NCBI GenBank assembly: GCA_963764625.1
Contig: CAVXTH010000006.1
Span: 830,048 to 894,047 of the forward strand
Origin: Candidatus Krumholzibacteriota bacterium
GTDB lineage: Bacteria; Krumholzibacteriota; Krumholzibacteriia; JAJRXK01
Length of the DNA stretch: 64,000 bases
Direction: 5' to 3'
Made by a program: the position numbers and the translations under genes. The notes beneath the pieces are model-generated. The model made no database searches, had not been told where the DNA came from, and saw only the letters and a list, made by a program, of their open reading frames with translations. Of this stretch, positions 18,165-30,200 are shown one piece after another (positions within the stretch are counted from its first letter, which is position 1; the number at the start of each line of letters is the position of its first letter).

Positions 18165-19271
18165 CTAGTAGGCATGAGCTGGGTGGTAGCCGATGGTCGT
18201 GCTCATTTGCACCATGAGCCGGTGGTCAGTTGGTTTGAAGCCACTGCCGTCGTCGCCCTGGGTGACGCTGTACTCCAGACGCACGAAGGAGAACTCCGAC
18301 GGACCCCAGGCGATGTTCGCCGAGGCGCGGCTCACCTTCCCGGCAATCGGATCGCCACTGGGATCGGCCAGGACGTCGGTGAAGCAATCGCGGGATCGCT
18401 CGCCGCGGACTCCCACCCACCATCGTTGTGACAAGCGGTACTTCAGCGATGCGTACCAGCCTCGCTGCTCCTTGAAGTAATCCCCGCCCGCGAAGGCACC
18501 CTTCTGGATGTACTCCCCTTGCAGGATCCAGCCGCGGCTGTTCGAGCGGCGCAACGGAACGTTGCGAACCGTCAAATCCGCGCCGAACACCGCGTGCCGG
18601 TGACCGTCCGCTCCCCGCCCCTGCAGAAACGACTGCCCGAGTTCGAGCGTGGTCGATTCATCGAGATCGAACTGGTTTTTGAAATGTGCGAGGTAGGGGA
18701 TGTTCCCGTGGCGCGTCGAGCCGAAGTCGAGCGGATTCTCCTCGGTGACATCCATCGCCTTGAAGATGCCCGCGGTGAGCTCGGAGTACCACGGCAGGGG
18801 AGTGAGCCACGAGGCCTCCAGACCCGAGTCCTTGAAGCCCTCCTCGCCGATGGTGTTGCCCATGATCACCGGGGCCTGAATGAACGGGAAGGCATGGGTG
18901 TGAAGAAGCCCGTGCTTACCGAAGTCTCCCCTCAGCTTGCCCACCCTCAGCTCGATGCCGGGGATCCGATCGGTCCTGGCCACGATTTCTTCTGGATCCA
19001 CCCCCTCGGGCGTGAAGCTGATGTTGGACCAGAAAGTCCAGTAGGGATCGACCACCGAGATCGCGCTGATCTCGGCCGAGTCGAACTGGATGTTGTAGGG
19101 CGCGTCGATGTCGGGCGCGATCTGACCCGAGAACAGCGCGTTCATCCCGATCGAGGGATTCGAGAGATTGGAAAAGATCGAGCTTGTCGCCTGGGCCGAT
19201 GCGCACAACGGCGACAAGGCCACGGAGAGTACGATACAGACACACGTGCAAACGCGTATGAAGCGTCTCAT
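18165..19271 (-). CDS. Outer-membrane beta-barrel of the type that accompanies ZnuA/B pairs (metal-uptake porin/receptor-like)
   Basis: Signal peptide, NPSIG, FGKHGLLHTHAFPF, PSEFS, C-terminal IGYHPAHAY; AGGAGG RBS. Confidence 0.8.
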   Translation of the reverse strand: MRRFIRVCTCVCIVLSVALSPLCASAQATSSIFSNLSNPSIGMNALFSGQIAPDIDAPYNIQFDSAEISAISVVDPYWTFWSNISFTPEGVDPEEIVARTDRIPGIELRVGKLRGDFGKHGLLHTHAFPFIQAPVIMGNTIGEEGFKDSGLEASWLTPLPWYSELTAGIFKAMDVTEENPLDFGSTRHGNIPYLAHFKNQFDLDESTTLELGQSFLQGRGADGHRHAVFGADLTVRNVPLRRSNSRGWILQGEYIQKGAFAGGDYFKEQRGWYASLKYRLSQRWWVGVRGERSRDCFTDVLADPSGDPIAGKVSRASANIAWGPSEFSFVRLEYSVTQGDDGSGFKPTDHRLMVQMSTTIGYHPAHAY

Positions 19272-19281
19272 GCGCAATAAA

Positions 19282-19342
19282 CCTCCTAAAAGAGTCGGAA
19301 ACGAGCGTCGAAAAAGTCGCGCTTGGTTCAGACTCGTGGAGG
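19282..19342 (-). promoter_or_regulatory. Predicted SD-sequestering hairpin (translational attenuator)
   Basis: mRNA CCUCC-AC-GAGUC (Pro-Pro-Arg-Val codons of the leader) pairs with GACUC-UUUUA-GGAGG (SD of the barrel gene). Inner stem AGCG-CGA/UCG-A-CGCU. Confidence 0.65.
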
Positions 19343-19642
19343 CCCGCGCACACTCGGAGTGCGCACGTCGAAAGTGGAAGCGGGAATCGCCACCGCGGTG
19401 GTCACCAGAGTGATGGTGATCGGCGGCGGGTCCAGCGCCTGAGGCGCCGAGGGAGGAGTGACGTGCGCGAAGGCCATGACGCAGATGGCGCAACTCTGGT
19501 TCTCGTGTACGTCGGAATGGTGGTGATACTGAAGAACGAAGGGGGTTCCCACCAGGCCCACCATCGCCAATCCGGCCAGCACGAGGGCCAGGCCGGTGTA
19601 GCGGCGGATCTGCGAGAGACGGAGCACTGGGTTCTTCTCCAT
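19328..19642 (-). CDS. DUF2946-like (CruR/CutF-type) leader protein with His cluster, CxxC and C-terminal RGPP arrest motif
   Basis: N-terminal hydrophobic signal, YHHHSDVHENQSCAIC, Pro-rich spacer, ..SVRGPPRV*. Confidence 0.8.
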   Translation of the reverse strand: MEKNPVLRLSQIRRYTGLALVLAGLAMVGLVGTPFVLQYHHHSDVHENQSCAICVMAFAHVTPPSAPQALDPPPITITLVTTAVAIPASTFDVRTPSVRGPPRV

Positions 19643-19694
19643 CACGAATCTCAGGGGAGGTCCAACTCAAACGAGGGCGCATGCCCTCCGAGGC

Positions 19695-19723
19695 ACTCTA
19701 GCGCCAAGCAGAAGCCATGGCAA
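19695..19723 (-). promoter_or_regulatory. sigma70 promoter of the metal-uptake operon
   Basis: TTGCCA-N17-TAGAGT on the minus strand. Confidence 0.6.
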
Positions 19724-19734
19724 GGGTCGAAGAC

Positions 19735-22344
19735 TCAGGCCGGCGAGGAGCTGAGCTCGAGCTGACCGTTCTTCACATCCACCAGCACGCGCTCACCGTC
19801 GGTGATGGTTCCGGCGATCAGCTCTCGGCTCAGCCGCGTCTCCAACTCTCGCTGGAGATAGCGCTTGAGTGGGCGCGCACCGTACACGGAATCGAAACCC
19901 TCGCTTCCGATCAGTTTCAGGGCTTCGGGCGTCAGCTCCATCGTGATATTCCGTTCGGCCAGGCGCTTCTTGAGGTCCTCGATCAAAAGGCCCACGATCT
20001 GCTCGATCTCGTCACGGTGGAGAGGTTTGAAGAGAATGATCTCGTCGACACGATTGAGAAATTCGGGGCGGAAGTGCGCGCGCAGTTGACCCAAGACCAC
20101 TTCCTTCGCCGACATCGTGATCTCACCATCACTGTCGACCCCGCCGAGTAGCTCTTGGCTGCCCAGGTTCGAGGTCATGATGATCACGGTGTTCTTGAAG
20201 TCCACCGTGCGGCCCTTGCTGTCGGTGAGACGTCCGTCGTCCAGGATCTGCAGCAACACGTGAAACACGTCCGCATGGGCTTTCTCGATCTCGTCGAAGA
20301 GAACGACGGTATAGGGCTTGCGGCGCACCGCTTCGGTCAGCTGTCCGCCCTCTTCGTAGCCGACATAGCCCGGGGGGGCGCCGATGAGGCGCGCGACCGC
20401 GTGCTTTTCCATGTATTCGGACATGTCGATGCGCACCAGATTGTCCCGGCTGTCGAAGAGGGCCCCCGCCAGGGTCTTGGCCAACTCCGTTTTCCCCACC
20501 CCGGTGGGTCCCAAGAAGATGAAGCTCCCGATGGGGCGCCTGGGGTCCTTGATGCCGCTGCGAGCGCGGAGCACCGCGTCGGCCACCTTCTGTACCGCCT
20601 CGTCCTGGCCGATAACCCTTTGGTGTAGAATCTCGTCCAGGCGCAGCAACTTCTCCCTCTCCCCTTCCATGAGACGCGTGACGGGAATCCCGGTCCAACG
20701 GGCCACGATCTCCGCGATCTCCTCTTCGGTGACCTCTTCGCGCAGAAGCGCGTCTCCTTCCTGGCGATCCTCCAGAGCGTGCTGTGCCTCTTCGAGCTGC
20801 GCCTGCAGTTGCGGGATCTGGCCGTGTTTGAGGGTGGCCGCCTTCTCCAGGTCGTAGCTGCGCTCCGCATCGCTCACCTGTCGCCGCGCCAGCTCGATTG
20901 CCTCGCGCAAGCTCCGCACTTTCTCGATGGCTTCCTTCTCGTTCTCCCACTGGGTCCGCATCTGGTCCCCCCGCTCGCGCAGAGTTGCCAGTTCCTGGCG
21001 GAGGTCCTTCAAACGCCTGCGGCTGGGTTCATCCTCCTCTTTCTTCAGAGCCGCTTCCTCGATTTCGAGCTGCATGATGCGCCGGGAGACCTCATCTAGT
21101 TCCTGGGGCATCGAGTCGATCTCGGTGCGAATCATGGCGCACGCCTCGTCGACCAGATCGATGGCCTTGTCGGGAAGGAAGCGATCGCTGATGTAGCGAT
21201 TGGAAAGAGTGGCCGCGGCCACCAGGGCATTGTCCTGAATGCGCACTCCATGGTGCACCTCGTAGCGTTCCTTGAGACCGCGCAGAATCGAGATGGTGTC
21301 TTCCACGCTCGGCGCGTCCACCACGATGGGCTGGAAGCGGCGTTCCAACGCGGCGTCCTTCTCGATGTGCTTGCGGTACTCGTCCAGGGTGGTGGCGCCG
21401 ATGCAATGCAGCTCTCCGCGGGCCAGCATTGGCTTCAGCAGATTTCCCGCATCGGTGCTGCCTTCGGTCTGTCCGGCGCCGACGATGGTGTGCAATTCGT
21501 CGATGAAGAGCAGGATGCGGCCCTCGCTGCGTTTGATCTCGTTCAAGACCGCCTTCAACCTCTCCTCGAATTCACCGCGGTACTTGGCGCCGGCCAGAAG
21601 CGAACCCATGTCCAAAGAGAAGATGGTGCAGTTCTTCAGCCACGCGGGTAGATCACCGCGCACGATGCGCTGGGCGAGACCCTCGACGATCGCCGTCTTT
21701 CCCACTCCCGGCTCTCCGATGAGAACCGGGTTATTCTTGGTCTTGCGTGAGAGGACCCTGACGACTCTGCGAATCTCGGCGTCGCGTCCGATCACCGGAT
21801 CCATCTTGCCCGACCGAGCCAACGCCACCAGATCGGTTCCGTAGCGATCGAGAACCTCGTAGGTCTCCTCGGGGTTCTGACTGCTCACGCGCTGCCCGCC
21901 GCGCACCTGTTGCAGGGCGCTGAGCAGACGCTCGCGGGTGACTCCGGCCTGCTTCAAGAGCCGGCCGACCGGATGGTCGTTCCCCAGCTCGATCATGGCC
22001 AACAGGAGATGCTCCACCGAGCTGAAGTCGTCTCCCAGCCGCTTGGCCTCCTCGGCCGCGTCGTCCAGCACCTGCTGCAGCCGCGGCGCCGCGAAGACCT
22101 CCCCGCTGCTTCCCGGTCCGGAGACCTTGGGCAAGGAGTCCAGCTCCTTTTGCAGGGAGTCTTCGAGCACCGCCATCGGAATGTCCATGCGCCTGAGCAG
22201 CCGCGGCAAAAGGCCCTCTTCCTGGTGCAGCAGGGCGCTCAGAAGGTGTTGCACGTCCACGCTCTGGTTCCCGCGCTTGACGGCACGGCCCTGCGCCTGC
22301 GCCAGTGCCTCTTTCGACTTTTCCGTCAATCGATTCAAATCCAC
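19735..22344 (-). CDS. clpB: ATP-dependent chaperone ClpB
   Basis: Two AAA+ modules ([16 protein letters not shown]), long M-domain coiled coil, GARPLKR. Confidence 0.97.
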   Translation of the reverse strand: MDLNRLTEKSKEALAQAQGRAVKRGNQSVDVQHLLSALLHQEEGLLPRLLRRMDIPMAVLEDSLQKELDSLPKVSGPGSSGEVFAAPRLQQVLDDAAEEAKRLGDDFSSVEHLLLAMIELGNDHPVGRLLKQAGVTRERLLSALQQVRGGQRVSSQNPEETYEVLDRYGTDLVALARSGKMDPVIGRDAEIRRVVRVLSRKTKNNPVLIGEPGVGKTAIVEGLAQRIVRGDLPAWLKNCTIFSLDMGSLLAGAKYRGEFEERLKAVLNEIKRSEGRILLFIDELHTIVGAGQTEGSTDAGNLLKPMLARGELHCIGATTLDEYRKHIEKDAALERRFQPIVVDAPSVEDTISILRGLKERYEVHHGVRIQDNALVAAATLSNRYISDRFLPDKAIDLVDEACAMIRTEIDSMPQELDEVSRRIMQLEIEEAALKKEEDEPSRRRLKDLRQELATLRERGDQMRTQWENEKEAIEKVRSLREAIELARRQVSDAERSYDLEKAATLKHGQIPQLQAQLEEAQHALEDRQEGDALLREEVTEEEIAEIVARWTGIPVTRLMEGEREKLLRLDEILHQRVIGQDEAVQKVADAVLRARSGIKDPRRPIGSFIFLGPTGVGKTELAKTLAGALFDSRDNLVRIDMSEYMEKHAVARLIGAPPGYVGYEEGGQLTEAVRRKPYTVVLFDEIEKAHADVFHVLLQILDDGRLTDSKGRTVDFKNTVIIMTSNLGSQELLGGVDSDGEITMSAKEVVLGQLRAHFRPEFLNRVDEIILFKPLHRDEIEQIVGLLIEDLKKRLAERNITMELTPEALKLIGSEGFDSVYGARPLKRYLQRELETRLSRELIAGTITDGERVLVDVKNGQLELSSSPA

Positions 22345-22372
22345 GGAAGGATCTCCTCGAGTTCGCGTGCTC

Positions 22373-25300
22373 TCAGCGCAAGAGGACCATCTTGCGACTC
22401 TGGATCGAGAATCCCTCGACCTCCAGACGAGCGAAATATACTCCAGAAGAAACTGCTCTGCCGGAGTCGTCGCGACCGTCCCAGCGAAACTCGTGTTGCC
22501 CGGGCGCGAGGCGCTGCCGCAGCAAGAGGCGGACTTTTCTTCCCGCCAGGTCGAAGATGGTCAGCCCGCACGCGCGCGCATCGCCCGTGGGCAGTGCGAA
22601 GGCAACGAGGGTGGAAGGGTTGAAGGGGTTGGGAACGTTGGGATCCAGTCGTGGCACGGCGGGGCCGTTCGCACTTGCCCCACCTTCGGCGCGCGCGAAG
22701 CTCGGCTGCTGCAAGTAGACTCCGTCCCGTCGGGCGTTCTGGTGGAAGGTGGGCCAGGGCGCGAGATTCGGATCGAAGGTCCCCCCCATGTCCCACACGT
22801 GGATGAGTCGATCCCACGAGGCGAGCACGATGTTCGCCTTTCCGTCTCCGTTGAAATCGCACAGGGTCGGGGTGGCTCGAATGAATCCGTCCAGGGGAAT
22901 CGGGAAGCCGTCGAACACCGTTCCGTCGGCGTGAAACACGTAGAGAAGGCTGGGGAGATTGTCCAACCCTCCCCCGATGCCAAACACGATGTCGAGCCCT
23001 CCGTCTCCGTCCAGGTCGGCCACCACCGGGCTACCTTCGGACAGTCCGGGCACCACTTGGGGCCAGCCCGGCATTTCATTTCCCTGGTGATCGAAGATGT
23101 GCACCCGCGCCTCCGCGCGCGACTCGATCGAAACCGCGACGATCTCGAGCTGGCCGTCGCCGCCGAAGTCGGCCAGTGCCGGCGAGGGAGCCTGGGAGTC
23201 GAACTCGACGGACCGCCCGTGCAGATACATCGGGAAGTTCCCGAAGCGGCTCCCGTCGCTTTCCCACACGTACAGGCTGTCGTTCTCGCAGGGAGCCACG
23301 ATCTCCATCTTCCCGTCCCCGTCGAGATCGCCCACTGCGCAACTGGCGAGGAACGACGCTCCCGGTCCCAGGTTCTTGGGCCAGCCCGTCGCGTTCCCGC
23401 TACCGTCACCTTTCAGTGCGTAAAAGAACTCGGGCGCTCCGTTCAGGAAATTGGAACCAAAGAGGATCTCGGGTTTCCCGTCGCCGTCGACGTCGTAAAG
23501 GGCCGGCGTGGTGCGACCATAGCTCTCGCCGCTTCGCCGCGGCGCGATGGGCCCGATCGTCGCGGGATTCGAGTCGCCGTCGGCGACCTCGCTTCCATCC
23601 AGGTGGAACGCGTGCGTGTATCCAGTAATGTCGTTGGTGACGATCTCCAGGTTTCCGTCCATGTCCAAATCGCCCAGAACCGGAGTGGTCCAGGTGGACG
23701 CGGCGAGGGTCTTGGGCCAGCCGCTCACGAGCTGACCGTCGGCCTCGTACACGTAGAGTTCGTGGGTGGTCCAGTTGGCACCGACGATCTGCCGGTCTTG
23801 CCCGCTCTGATCCAGGTTTCCCAGGGACATTCCCGAGGGTTGATATCCTCCGCCCACTCCGGAAAGAGGTCCGAAGGTCTGCGCGTTGTCGTCTCCGTCC
23901 ACCTTCTCCCGGCACAGACCGTCGATCAGGTAGATGAAGCCCGAGCCCACCGCCATCTCGAGCACCCCATCGCCGTCCACGTCTCCCACCGCGAGAGCAC
24001 CGCTGGTCTCCTGGTCCATGGGCAGGGGAAAGCAGCTCACTTCCGGAGGCGGGGTCACCGCCTCGACCACGGTCGAGGGAGGACCAGCCAGTCCGGCGCG
24101 GTCGATGGCCCTCACCCGGTACTCCAAAGTGGTGCGATCGGGCAGGTTCTCGTCGAGGAAGATCGAACCCGAGAGCAGGACATCGGCGTTGGCCACGACC
24201 CAAGTGCTCTGCCCCTTCTCACGCCGTTCCACCTGGTATCCCAAAAGGTCCGCGTCGAGGGAAGGGTCCCAGCGCAAGAGCACCGATCCGGCCTGCGCGA
24301 GACCGGGCGCCAGTCCTTCCACCATCGCGGGGCGACGGAGATCGAACTCGTAGGACCAACTCGCGCCCGCGCCGTCGCTGAGAAGCAGACGATAGAGATG
24401 GGGGCTCGCGGTCTCGCTCTCCGTGATTTCGAAGAGGTCTTGCGCGTTGTCCTGGGTGCTCAAGGGACCGTCGAGAACTCCCCAATGCGCGGTGGAGTCC
24501 GTTACCACCGCGGCGGGATCGAGCGCGCGCAGCACTCCGTTCACCGAGTCGATGCGAGCGGTGCCGAAGTTCTTCAGGAGGAATTGCAGGCCGACTGTCT
24601 CTCCCGCGTCCACGACTTGATCCCCGTTGCCCGCGGAGTCGTCCAGCTGGAGCGAGACGATCTCGAGCTGTCCACCCGAAAGGGTCAAGTTCAGGGAATC
24701 ATCCCAGTGCCCGCCGCCACTCTCATCGATGCTAAGGGCGAAGGAGACCCGGCTGGCGTCGGAAATCTCCGGGGCCAGCTGGACCAGGAAGCTTCCCTGC
24801 GCCGCGGCGGTGGCGCCGGCGGCCAGCGGCGCGAAGTTCGTCTGGGCCTGCACCACGCTCACCCTCGGATCCGAAGAGCTCAAGGCGAGGGTCCCTGCCG
24901 CCGAGGCGGTCTGCCCTCCATTGACCACACTCGGCAAGAACGCCACCAACTCGCCGGCCTCGGGAATCCCGTTCCCGTTTCCCGCGCTGTCGTCGAGCGT
25001 GTACCCCGCGAGCGCGAGGCTGGTCTGCGGGCTCGGCACCACCTGGATCGTTGAGCCAAAGGGCATGACGTCGCGCCCGCTCACCCAGAGTTCCCAGGCT
25101 CCTGCCTCGCCAAAGGAAACCGGAAGGCTCACGTGGCCGGAGGCGTCGGTCCATCCCGCGACGAGATCCTCGCCCGACTTTCGCAACACCACCGCGACCG
25201 AATCCACTCCCGCCCCCTCAGTGTCGCTCACCGTGACCTGGACCGGCCCGCTTCCCACCTCGACCGTGCTCGGCGCGCTCACCTGAATCGCCGTGGGGGC

Positions 25301-27136
25301 GGAGGTCCACATGCGCATGGCCGGATCTCCCAAGAGGGTGTAGACGAGCTGGGTCCAGCGATCGACCGTGTTGTAGAAGGTGTCGACGGCGAAGCCCAGA
25401 CGGCTCTCCAGAATCGCGTCGCCCAGTCGCTGGCGGTGGGCCGAGAACAGCGCTTTGTACAGCGCCTGCTGGTAGGCGCTGGTGGTATTGTCGAACGCGG
25501 CCCGCGAGGATCCGATCGACGCCACGGAACCGCCGTTGGGATTGCGCAGAAAGCGCTCGAGCAGGCAGTTGAAATCGAAGGCGGCCGAGTCGCAATTGAG
25601 CGCCACCAGCACGAAAGTGGAGGAGCCATTGCTCAGGGCGTCGGCATCACTCACAAGAATGTTCGCGTCGCCGACACTCATGTTGTAGTAGAAGCCGTGG
25701 CCGATGTGATGGAAGAGGCCGTAGGCCCCGGAGTTCATATCGGAGATCACCGCGGCGCGAGTCTCCTCCACCGCTCCGGGATAGCTCAGGTAGTTCTGGT
25801 AGCGGCGGGTGATCGTGAATGCCCCCGGCTGGGCGAGCTCGATGGTGGAGATCAGGCCCTCACTGAAGACCGCGCCGTCGCGAATGATGGGATCGCCCGG
25901 TTGCCACCCCTGGGGAAAGAGCACCTCGCTGCCGAAGAGAGCCCGCGCGAAGCGGTCCCCTCCTGCCCCGCTCTCGTACGCCAGGACTTTGTCCACGAAG
26001 ACAGTGGCCTCTTCCACCGTGTTCACCGGCGCCCGTCCGATGGCGATCTCGGGCACGAAGTCACAGTAGTCTCCTGGATCCACTCCGTTGACGAAGGGCT
26101 CGCCAAAAGTAGCGTCCCCGTCCGCGTTCCAGTTTCCGTCGAGACCCGCGTAGTAGAGGTCGGCCGGAATCTCGGTTTGCCCTCCCTGTGGGTAGTAGGT
26201 CGAAGTGACGAAGCGGGTGGGAATGATCTCGGTGTCTCCTCCGAGCAAGACGTAGTCGACGCCCCACTTGGCATACGCATCCTGCAGGTACAATCGAATC
26301 GTTTCCGCCAAATCGAGTCCCTGCCGCTGCGAGGCCAGAATCTCCTCGACGGTCACCACGATCGAAGGGAGACCTTGCCGTTCCCGCAGCTCCGCCAGCC
26401 GCGAGAATTGCGGTGCCAGAGCATCGGTGGTGATCACCAGGTAGCGATAGGGCCCGGTCAACAAGCTCGGAGTGACGAGTTTCAGCGAGCCCTCGGGGGC
26501 AAGCGCGGCGGTGACCGCCGCCGCAGTGGCGGGCCCATCGAAACGATCCAGATCGAGGGGATTGGCGATGCTCGATTGGATCGCGGCCTTGTCCCGCGCC
26601 TCGATGGACGCGCTTTGCCGGAGTCGTCGTACCACGCCTGAGGGAACGCTGGCCCTCTGCAGCTCGAGAAGGACGCGCCCCCCTTCGCGCAAGTAGAGAT
26701 CACCGCTCTGCGGATCAAGCCGCAACGGGTGCACACGCAGATAGATCAGATGGCGGCCGTGCCGCCATGCGTCACCGAGATACTCGACCGGCTCGTTGGC
26801 CCCGGGCCCAATCGCCTGCCGCGCGGGTAGCTTGGGAGGGAGAGTCAGGTCCGCTGCGCGCGCGGCCAGCACTTCCTTTCCGCCCTCCAGCCTTAGCGCC
26901 TGAACCCGACTCGTGGCGGGAATCATCAGACAGTAGCTGAGAGTGGGAAGCGCGGACCCATCCGCTCGCCCGGGCCAAGGAGCTTGGGTCAGGAAGAACT
27001 CGTCTTGGTCGGGACCCGGCGCGCGCCTGAGATCGGAGAGAGTGGTGGTGAGTGGCAGACTCACGGTATCCTGCGCCGCCGCTGAGGAGACACCGAGCAC
27101 CGTGATGATGAGCGTGCAAAGGACCGAGAATCGCAT
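22373..27136 (-). CDS. Secreted C25 (gingipain-like) cysteine peptidase with Ig/FN3 domains, FG-GAP-like repeats and FlgD-Ig/CTD tail
   Basis: Signal peptide, [21 protein letters not shown] and LNCDS dyad, GDLDGDG repeats, [29 protein letters not shown]. Confidence 0.88.
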   Translation of the reverse strand: MRFSVLCTLIITVLGVSSAAAQDTVSLPLTTTLSDLRRAPGPDQDEFFLTQAPWPGRADGSALPTLSYCLMIPATSRVQALRLEGGKEVLAARAADLTLPPKLPARQAIGPGANEPVEYLGDAWRHGRHLIYLRVHPLRLDPQSGDLYLREGGRVLLELQRASVPSGVVRRLRQSASIEARDKAAIQSSIANPLDLDRFDGPATAAAVTAALAPEGSLKLVTPSLLTGPYRYLVITTDALAPQFSRLAELRERQGLPSIVVTVEEILASQRQGLDLAETIRLYLQDAYAKWGVDYVLLGGDTEIIPTRFVTSTYYPQGGQTEIPADLYYAGLDGNWNADGDATFGEPFVNGVDPGDYCDFVPEIAIGRAPVNTVEEATVFVDKVLAYESGAGGDRFARALFGSEVLFPQGWQPGDPIIRDGAVFSEGLISTIELAQPGAFTITRRYQNYLSYPGAVEETRAAVISDMNSGAYGLFHHIGHGFYYNMSVGDANILVSDADALSNGSSTFVLVALNCDSAAFDFNCLLERFLRNPNGGSVASIGSSRAAFDNTTSAYQQALYKALFSAHRQRLGDAILESRLGFAVDTFYNTVDRWTQLVYTLLGDPAMRMWTSAPTAIQVSAPSTVEVGSGPVQVTVSDTEGAGVDSVAVVLRKSGEDLVAGWTDASGHVSLPVSFGEAGAWELWVSGRDVMPFGSTIQVVPSPQTSLALAGYTLDDSAGNGNGIPEAGELVAFLPSVVNGGQTASAAGTLALSSSDPRVSVVQAQTNFAPLAAGATAAAQGSFLVQLAPEISDASRVSFALSIDESGGGHWDDSLNLTLSGGQLEIVSLQLDDSAGNGDQVVDAGETVGLQFLLKNFGTARIDSVNGVLRALDPAAVVTDSTAHWGVLDGPLSTQDNAQDLFEITESETASPHLYRLLLSDGAGASWSYEFDLRRPAMVEGLAPGLAQAGSVLLRWDPSLDADLLGYQVERREKGQSTWVVANADVLLSGSIFLDENLPDRTTLEYRVRAIDRAGLAGPPSTVVEAVTPPPEVSCFPLPMDQETSGALAVGDVDGDGVLEMAVGSGFIYLIDGLCREKVDGDDNAQTFGPLSGVGGGYQPSGMSLGNLDQSGQDRQIVGANWTTHELYVYEADGQLVSGWPKTLAASTWTTPVLGDLDMDGNLEIVTNDITGYTHAFHLDGSEVADGDSNPATIGPIAPRRSGESYGRTTPALYDVDGDGKPEILFGSNFLNGAPEFFYALKGDGSGNATGWPKNLGPGASFLASCAVGDLDGDGKMEIVAPCENDSLYVWESDGSRFGNFPMYLHGRSVEFDSQAPSPALADFGGDGQLEIVAVSIESRAEARVHIFDHQGNEMPGWPQVVPGLSEGSPVVADLDGDGGLDIVFGIGGGLDNLPSLLYVFHADGTVFDGFPIPLDGFIRATPTLCDFNGDGKANIVLASWDRLIHVWDMGGTFDPNLAPWPTFHQNARRDGVYLQQPSFARAEGGASANGPAVPRLDPNVPNPFNPSTLVAFALPTGDARACGLTIFDLAGRKVRLLLRQRLAPGQHEFRWDGRDDSGRAVSSGVYFARLEVEGFSIQSRKMVLLR

Positions 27137-27158
27137 GCCAGACCTTACGCGTGGGCGA

Positions 27159-27187
27159 GGCCCATCCCGTTAGGCTCGGGACGGGCC
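27159..27187 (-). other. Intercistronic hairpin between the two C25 genes
   Basis: GGCCCGUCCCG-AGCCUAA-CGGGAUGGGCC with no U-tract. Confidence 0.55.
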
Positions 27188-27218
27188 CCTGCATCCCCCC
27201 ACAATTCGCCCAACCTGG

Positions 27219-30200
27219 CTATTTTGCCAAGGTCATTTTCAAACTGCGAACCTCCGTGCCAACTTCCAGGCGCGTGAAATAGACTCCGGAGGCCACGCTT
27301 CTTCCGCTCGCGTCGCGGCCGTTCCAGCGAATCTCGTGGTGGCCGGCCGGCAGCGGCTGCGCCAACAAAGTGCGAACCCTTCGGCCGGCGAGGTCGTAGA
27401 TCGTCACCCGTGCCATCGCCTCGTTCAATTCCGAAGGCACGTCGAAGTTGATGACGGTGGAGGGGTTGAACGGATTCGGTACGTTCTGACGGAGGACGAG
27501 ACGCGAAGCAGGCGTGCTGCCCTGGGTCTCCACTGCGGTCGCGGTGGGATCCTGGTACACCCCGGTCCGCTTGTAGTTGCCCTGGAAGGTGGGCCAGGGC
27601 AAGAGAGTCGGATCGTAGGCGCCTGGTAGATCCCAGGCGTGCAGCAGATTGTCGTACCCCGCGAGCAACAGATCGACGTCGCCATCTCCGTCGAAGTCGG
27701 TGAGCAACGGCGTACCCCAGGGACTCCCCGACAGCGAGATGGGGAATCCGGCCATGGTGCTGCCATCGGCCTTGAACGCGTACAGATTGTCGGGAATGTC
27801 CTCTCCGCCGGAGGCAAAGATGATGTCCGGTACTCCGTCTCCGTCGATGTCTCCCAGGATGGGAGAGGAACGCGAGAACGCGGCAATGCTCTGCGGCCAA
27901 CCGTTCTTCACCACGCCGTCGTGCTCGAACACGTAGATGGAGACATTCGTGCGCGAGAGAACGCTCACTCCCACCATCTCCAGCTCGGGGTCGCCGTCGA
28001 GGTTGCCCACCGCGAATGACGGCGTCTTGCCGTCCAGATCGTCGCTGTTGCTGCTGAAGTGCATCGGGAAGTTCATGTAGTTGCTGCCATCGGGCTCCCA
28101 GATGTACAGCGAATCGTTCTCGCACGGGAAGATGAGTTCCACCGTGCCGTCACGATCGAGGTCGGCGATGGTGATGCTGGTGGCATTGTAGCCGTTGGGC
28201 CCCAGGTTTTTGGGCCAGCCCGGAGCTTCGGTCCCATCGTACTTGTACGCGTGGACCATGTTGTCGGTGCCGTCGCGCCAGTTGGTCCCGAAGATCATCT
28301 CCCGCCCCCCGTCCTGATCCAGGTCGTAGAGGCTGATGGTCGAGCGGTTGTAGATCTCTCCGGTGCGAACCGCGAACACCCCGTTGGTGCCGGCGTTGGA
28401 ATCTCCATTGAGAACTTCGCTCCCATCAACGTGCCACGCGTAGGTCTTGCCCCCGACCGTGTTGGTCACGATCTCCGGCTGCAGATCACCATCCAGATCG
28501 CCCACCGAGAACGAAGCCCAGTTCTGCGAGCCGGTGTTCTGGGGCCAACCGGGCAGTGGGTTTCCATTGGTGTCCAGGACGTAGGCGTTTTTTCCCAACC
28601 AGTCGCCGGCCAGGATTTCCAAGCCGGGATTGCCGTCGAGATTGGCCAGGGTGATCCCGGCGAAGGTGAAGTCGCTTCCCAGGTTGTTGATCGGGCCCAG
28701 AGTCTGCGCGTTGCCGTCGCCGTCCAACAGTTCGTTGGCGTGGGCGTCGAGGGCATAGACCAGATTTCCGCCCAGTACCGCGAACTGAACTCCGTCCGCG
28801 CGCAGATCGCCCACCGCGAGTCCGCCCTCTACTGTCGAATTCGTGGGCAGCGGATAGGCGTTGCCGATTTCCGGGGGAGCCGTACTGGCCGAAACCTCGG
28901 AAGTCCGCGGACCTTCCACCCCGGACGAGTCGACGGTCGCCACTTCGTAGTAGTAGCGCGTCAGAGTGGCCAAATCGTCGTCCCGGAAGAATCCCGAGCG
29001 CAAGAGGACGTCCTGCGTGATCTCCGCGTAGGGCCCGCCTTGCGTATTCGATCGGTACACTCGGTAGCCCATCAAGTGGTTCGCGGTGGAGGGTTCCCAG
29101 TGCAGCGCGATGGTGGTGGGTCCCAGATTCGTGAACGGAACCACCCCGGTGGGAGGAGCCGGCTCGCGCAATTCAATCGAGTGCGTCCAGGAGTGACCCT
29201 TGGAATCCATGAGGGCCAGGATCATGCGGTTTTCTGTGCTTGTGTCGCTCTCGGCGACCTGGAAATTGGTATTTCCGTAGGCGCTCACCTTCACGCCGAG
29301 ATCGGGCCAGGTATCGTTGCCCTGCGAAATGGTGAGGTTGGGCGAGCTGCTGGACAGAACTCCGGTGATCCCCGAGAGTTCCCCGGCGCCGTAGTTTTTG
29401 ATCTCCACGTGAAGCTCGACCACTTCCCCCGGCTGGGGGATGCCGTCGTTGTTGCCGGTGACCGAATCGTCACTGAAGACGCGCACCACCTGCGGTTCGG
29501 GAGCGATCACCTTTAGATAGACCCGCTGGGTCCAGGTGTTCGGGCCCGAAGTGCTCACCAGATCGAAGCTGAGGGTGGTTCCGTCCGTAATCGAGGGACT
29601 CAGGTCGATGCTCACCGGATCGCTCGGATCGGCGGTGGCGCTCCCGGCGAGGTCCCCCACCGTGATCGTCGAGTCGGTCACCGTCGCGCCCGTGGCGTCG
29701 ACCGGACGCAGCACCGCGTCTACCCCACCGGCGAAACTGCCGTTGCCGTTGTTCTCGAAGTGGAAGTACCAGTCGATGCTTTCACCCGAGTCCGCGAGAC
29801 CGTTCCCGCCCCCACCATCGTCGATGCTCAAAGGCGACCCCACGATGTTGGCCGCGGCCGCGCCCGCCACCGTGATGGTCTGGAACTGCGGCTGCAAGCT
29901 CGCTCCATCCACCACCACGTCGATCGTGCCCTGGGTCAGCGGCTGGAAATCGATCGTGACCTGTCCCGTGAGAGTGTCGGTCAGGCCCGTCGCCCAGACC
30001 TCTCCCGGTTTGTGCAGGGTGACCCGGGCTGCCGGCACCGGAAGCCCCGTGTCGCTCACTCCCACCGTGATCTGGCTCGTCCCCAGAGGAACCGAGCTGG
30101 GTTTGGTGACGAGCGGGGTCACTGGCGGTTTCCGCCACATGCGAAGGGCGGGATCGCCCAGGAGGGTGTAGCAGAAGTGTGTCCAGCGTTTGAATTCCTC

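Noticed and set aside
18165-19682. 505-aa ORF merging the leader region with the barrel gene
   Set aside because: A strong AGGAGG RBS and signal peptide place the barrel start at 19271. The upstream part is better explained by the DUF2946-like ORF in another frame.
21938-25054. 1038-aa plus-strand ORF, and similar long ORFs at 531-1841, 28059-29516 and 44487-47531
   Set aside because: These are antisense shadows of well-supported genes in high-GC DNA and carry no domain motifs of their own.
22800-28800. Recurring GxCGxCGGCGACGG-like nucleotide repeats as a CRISPR array or diversity-generating element
   Set aside because: They are degenerate codons of protein-level DxDGDG repeats inside CDSs. 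There is no fixed repeat-spacer period, cas gene or reverse transcriptase.
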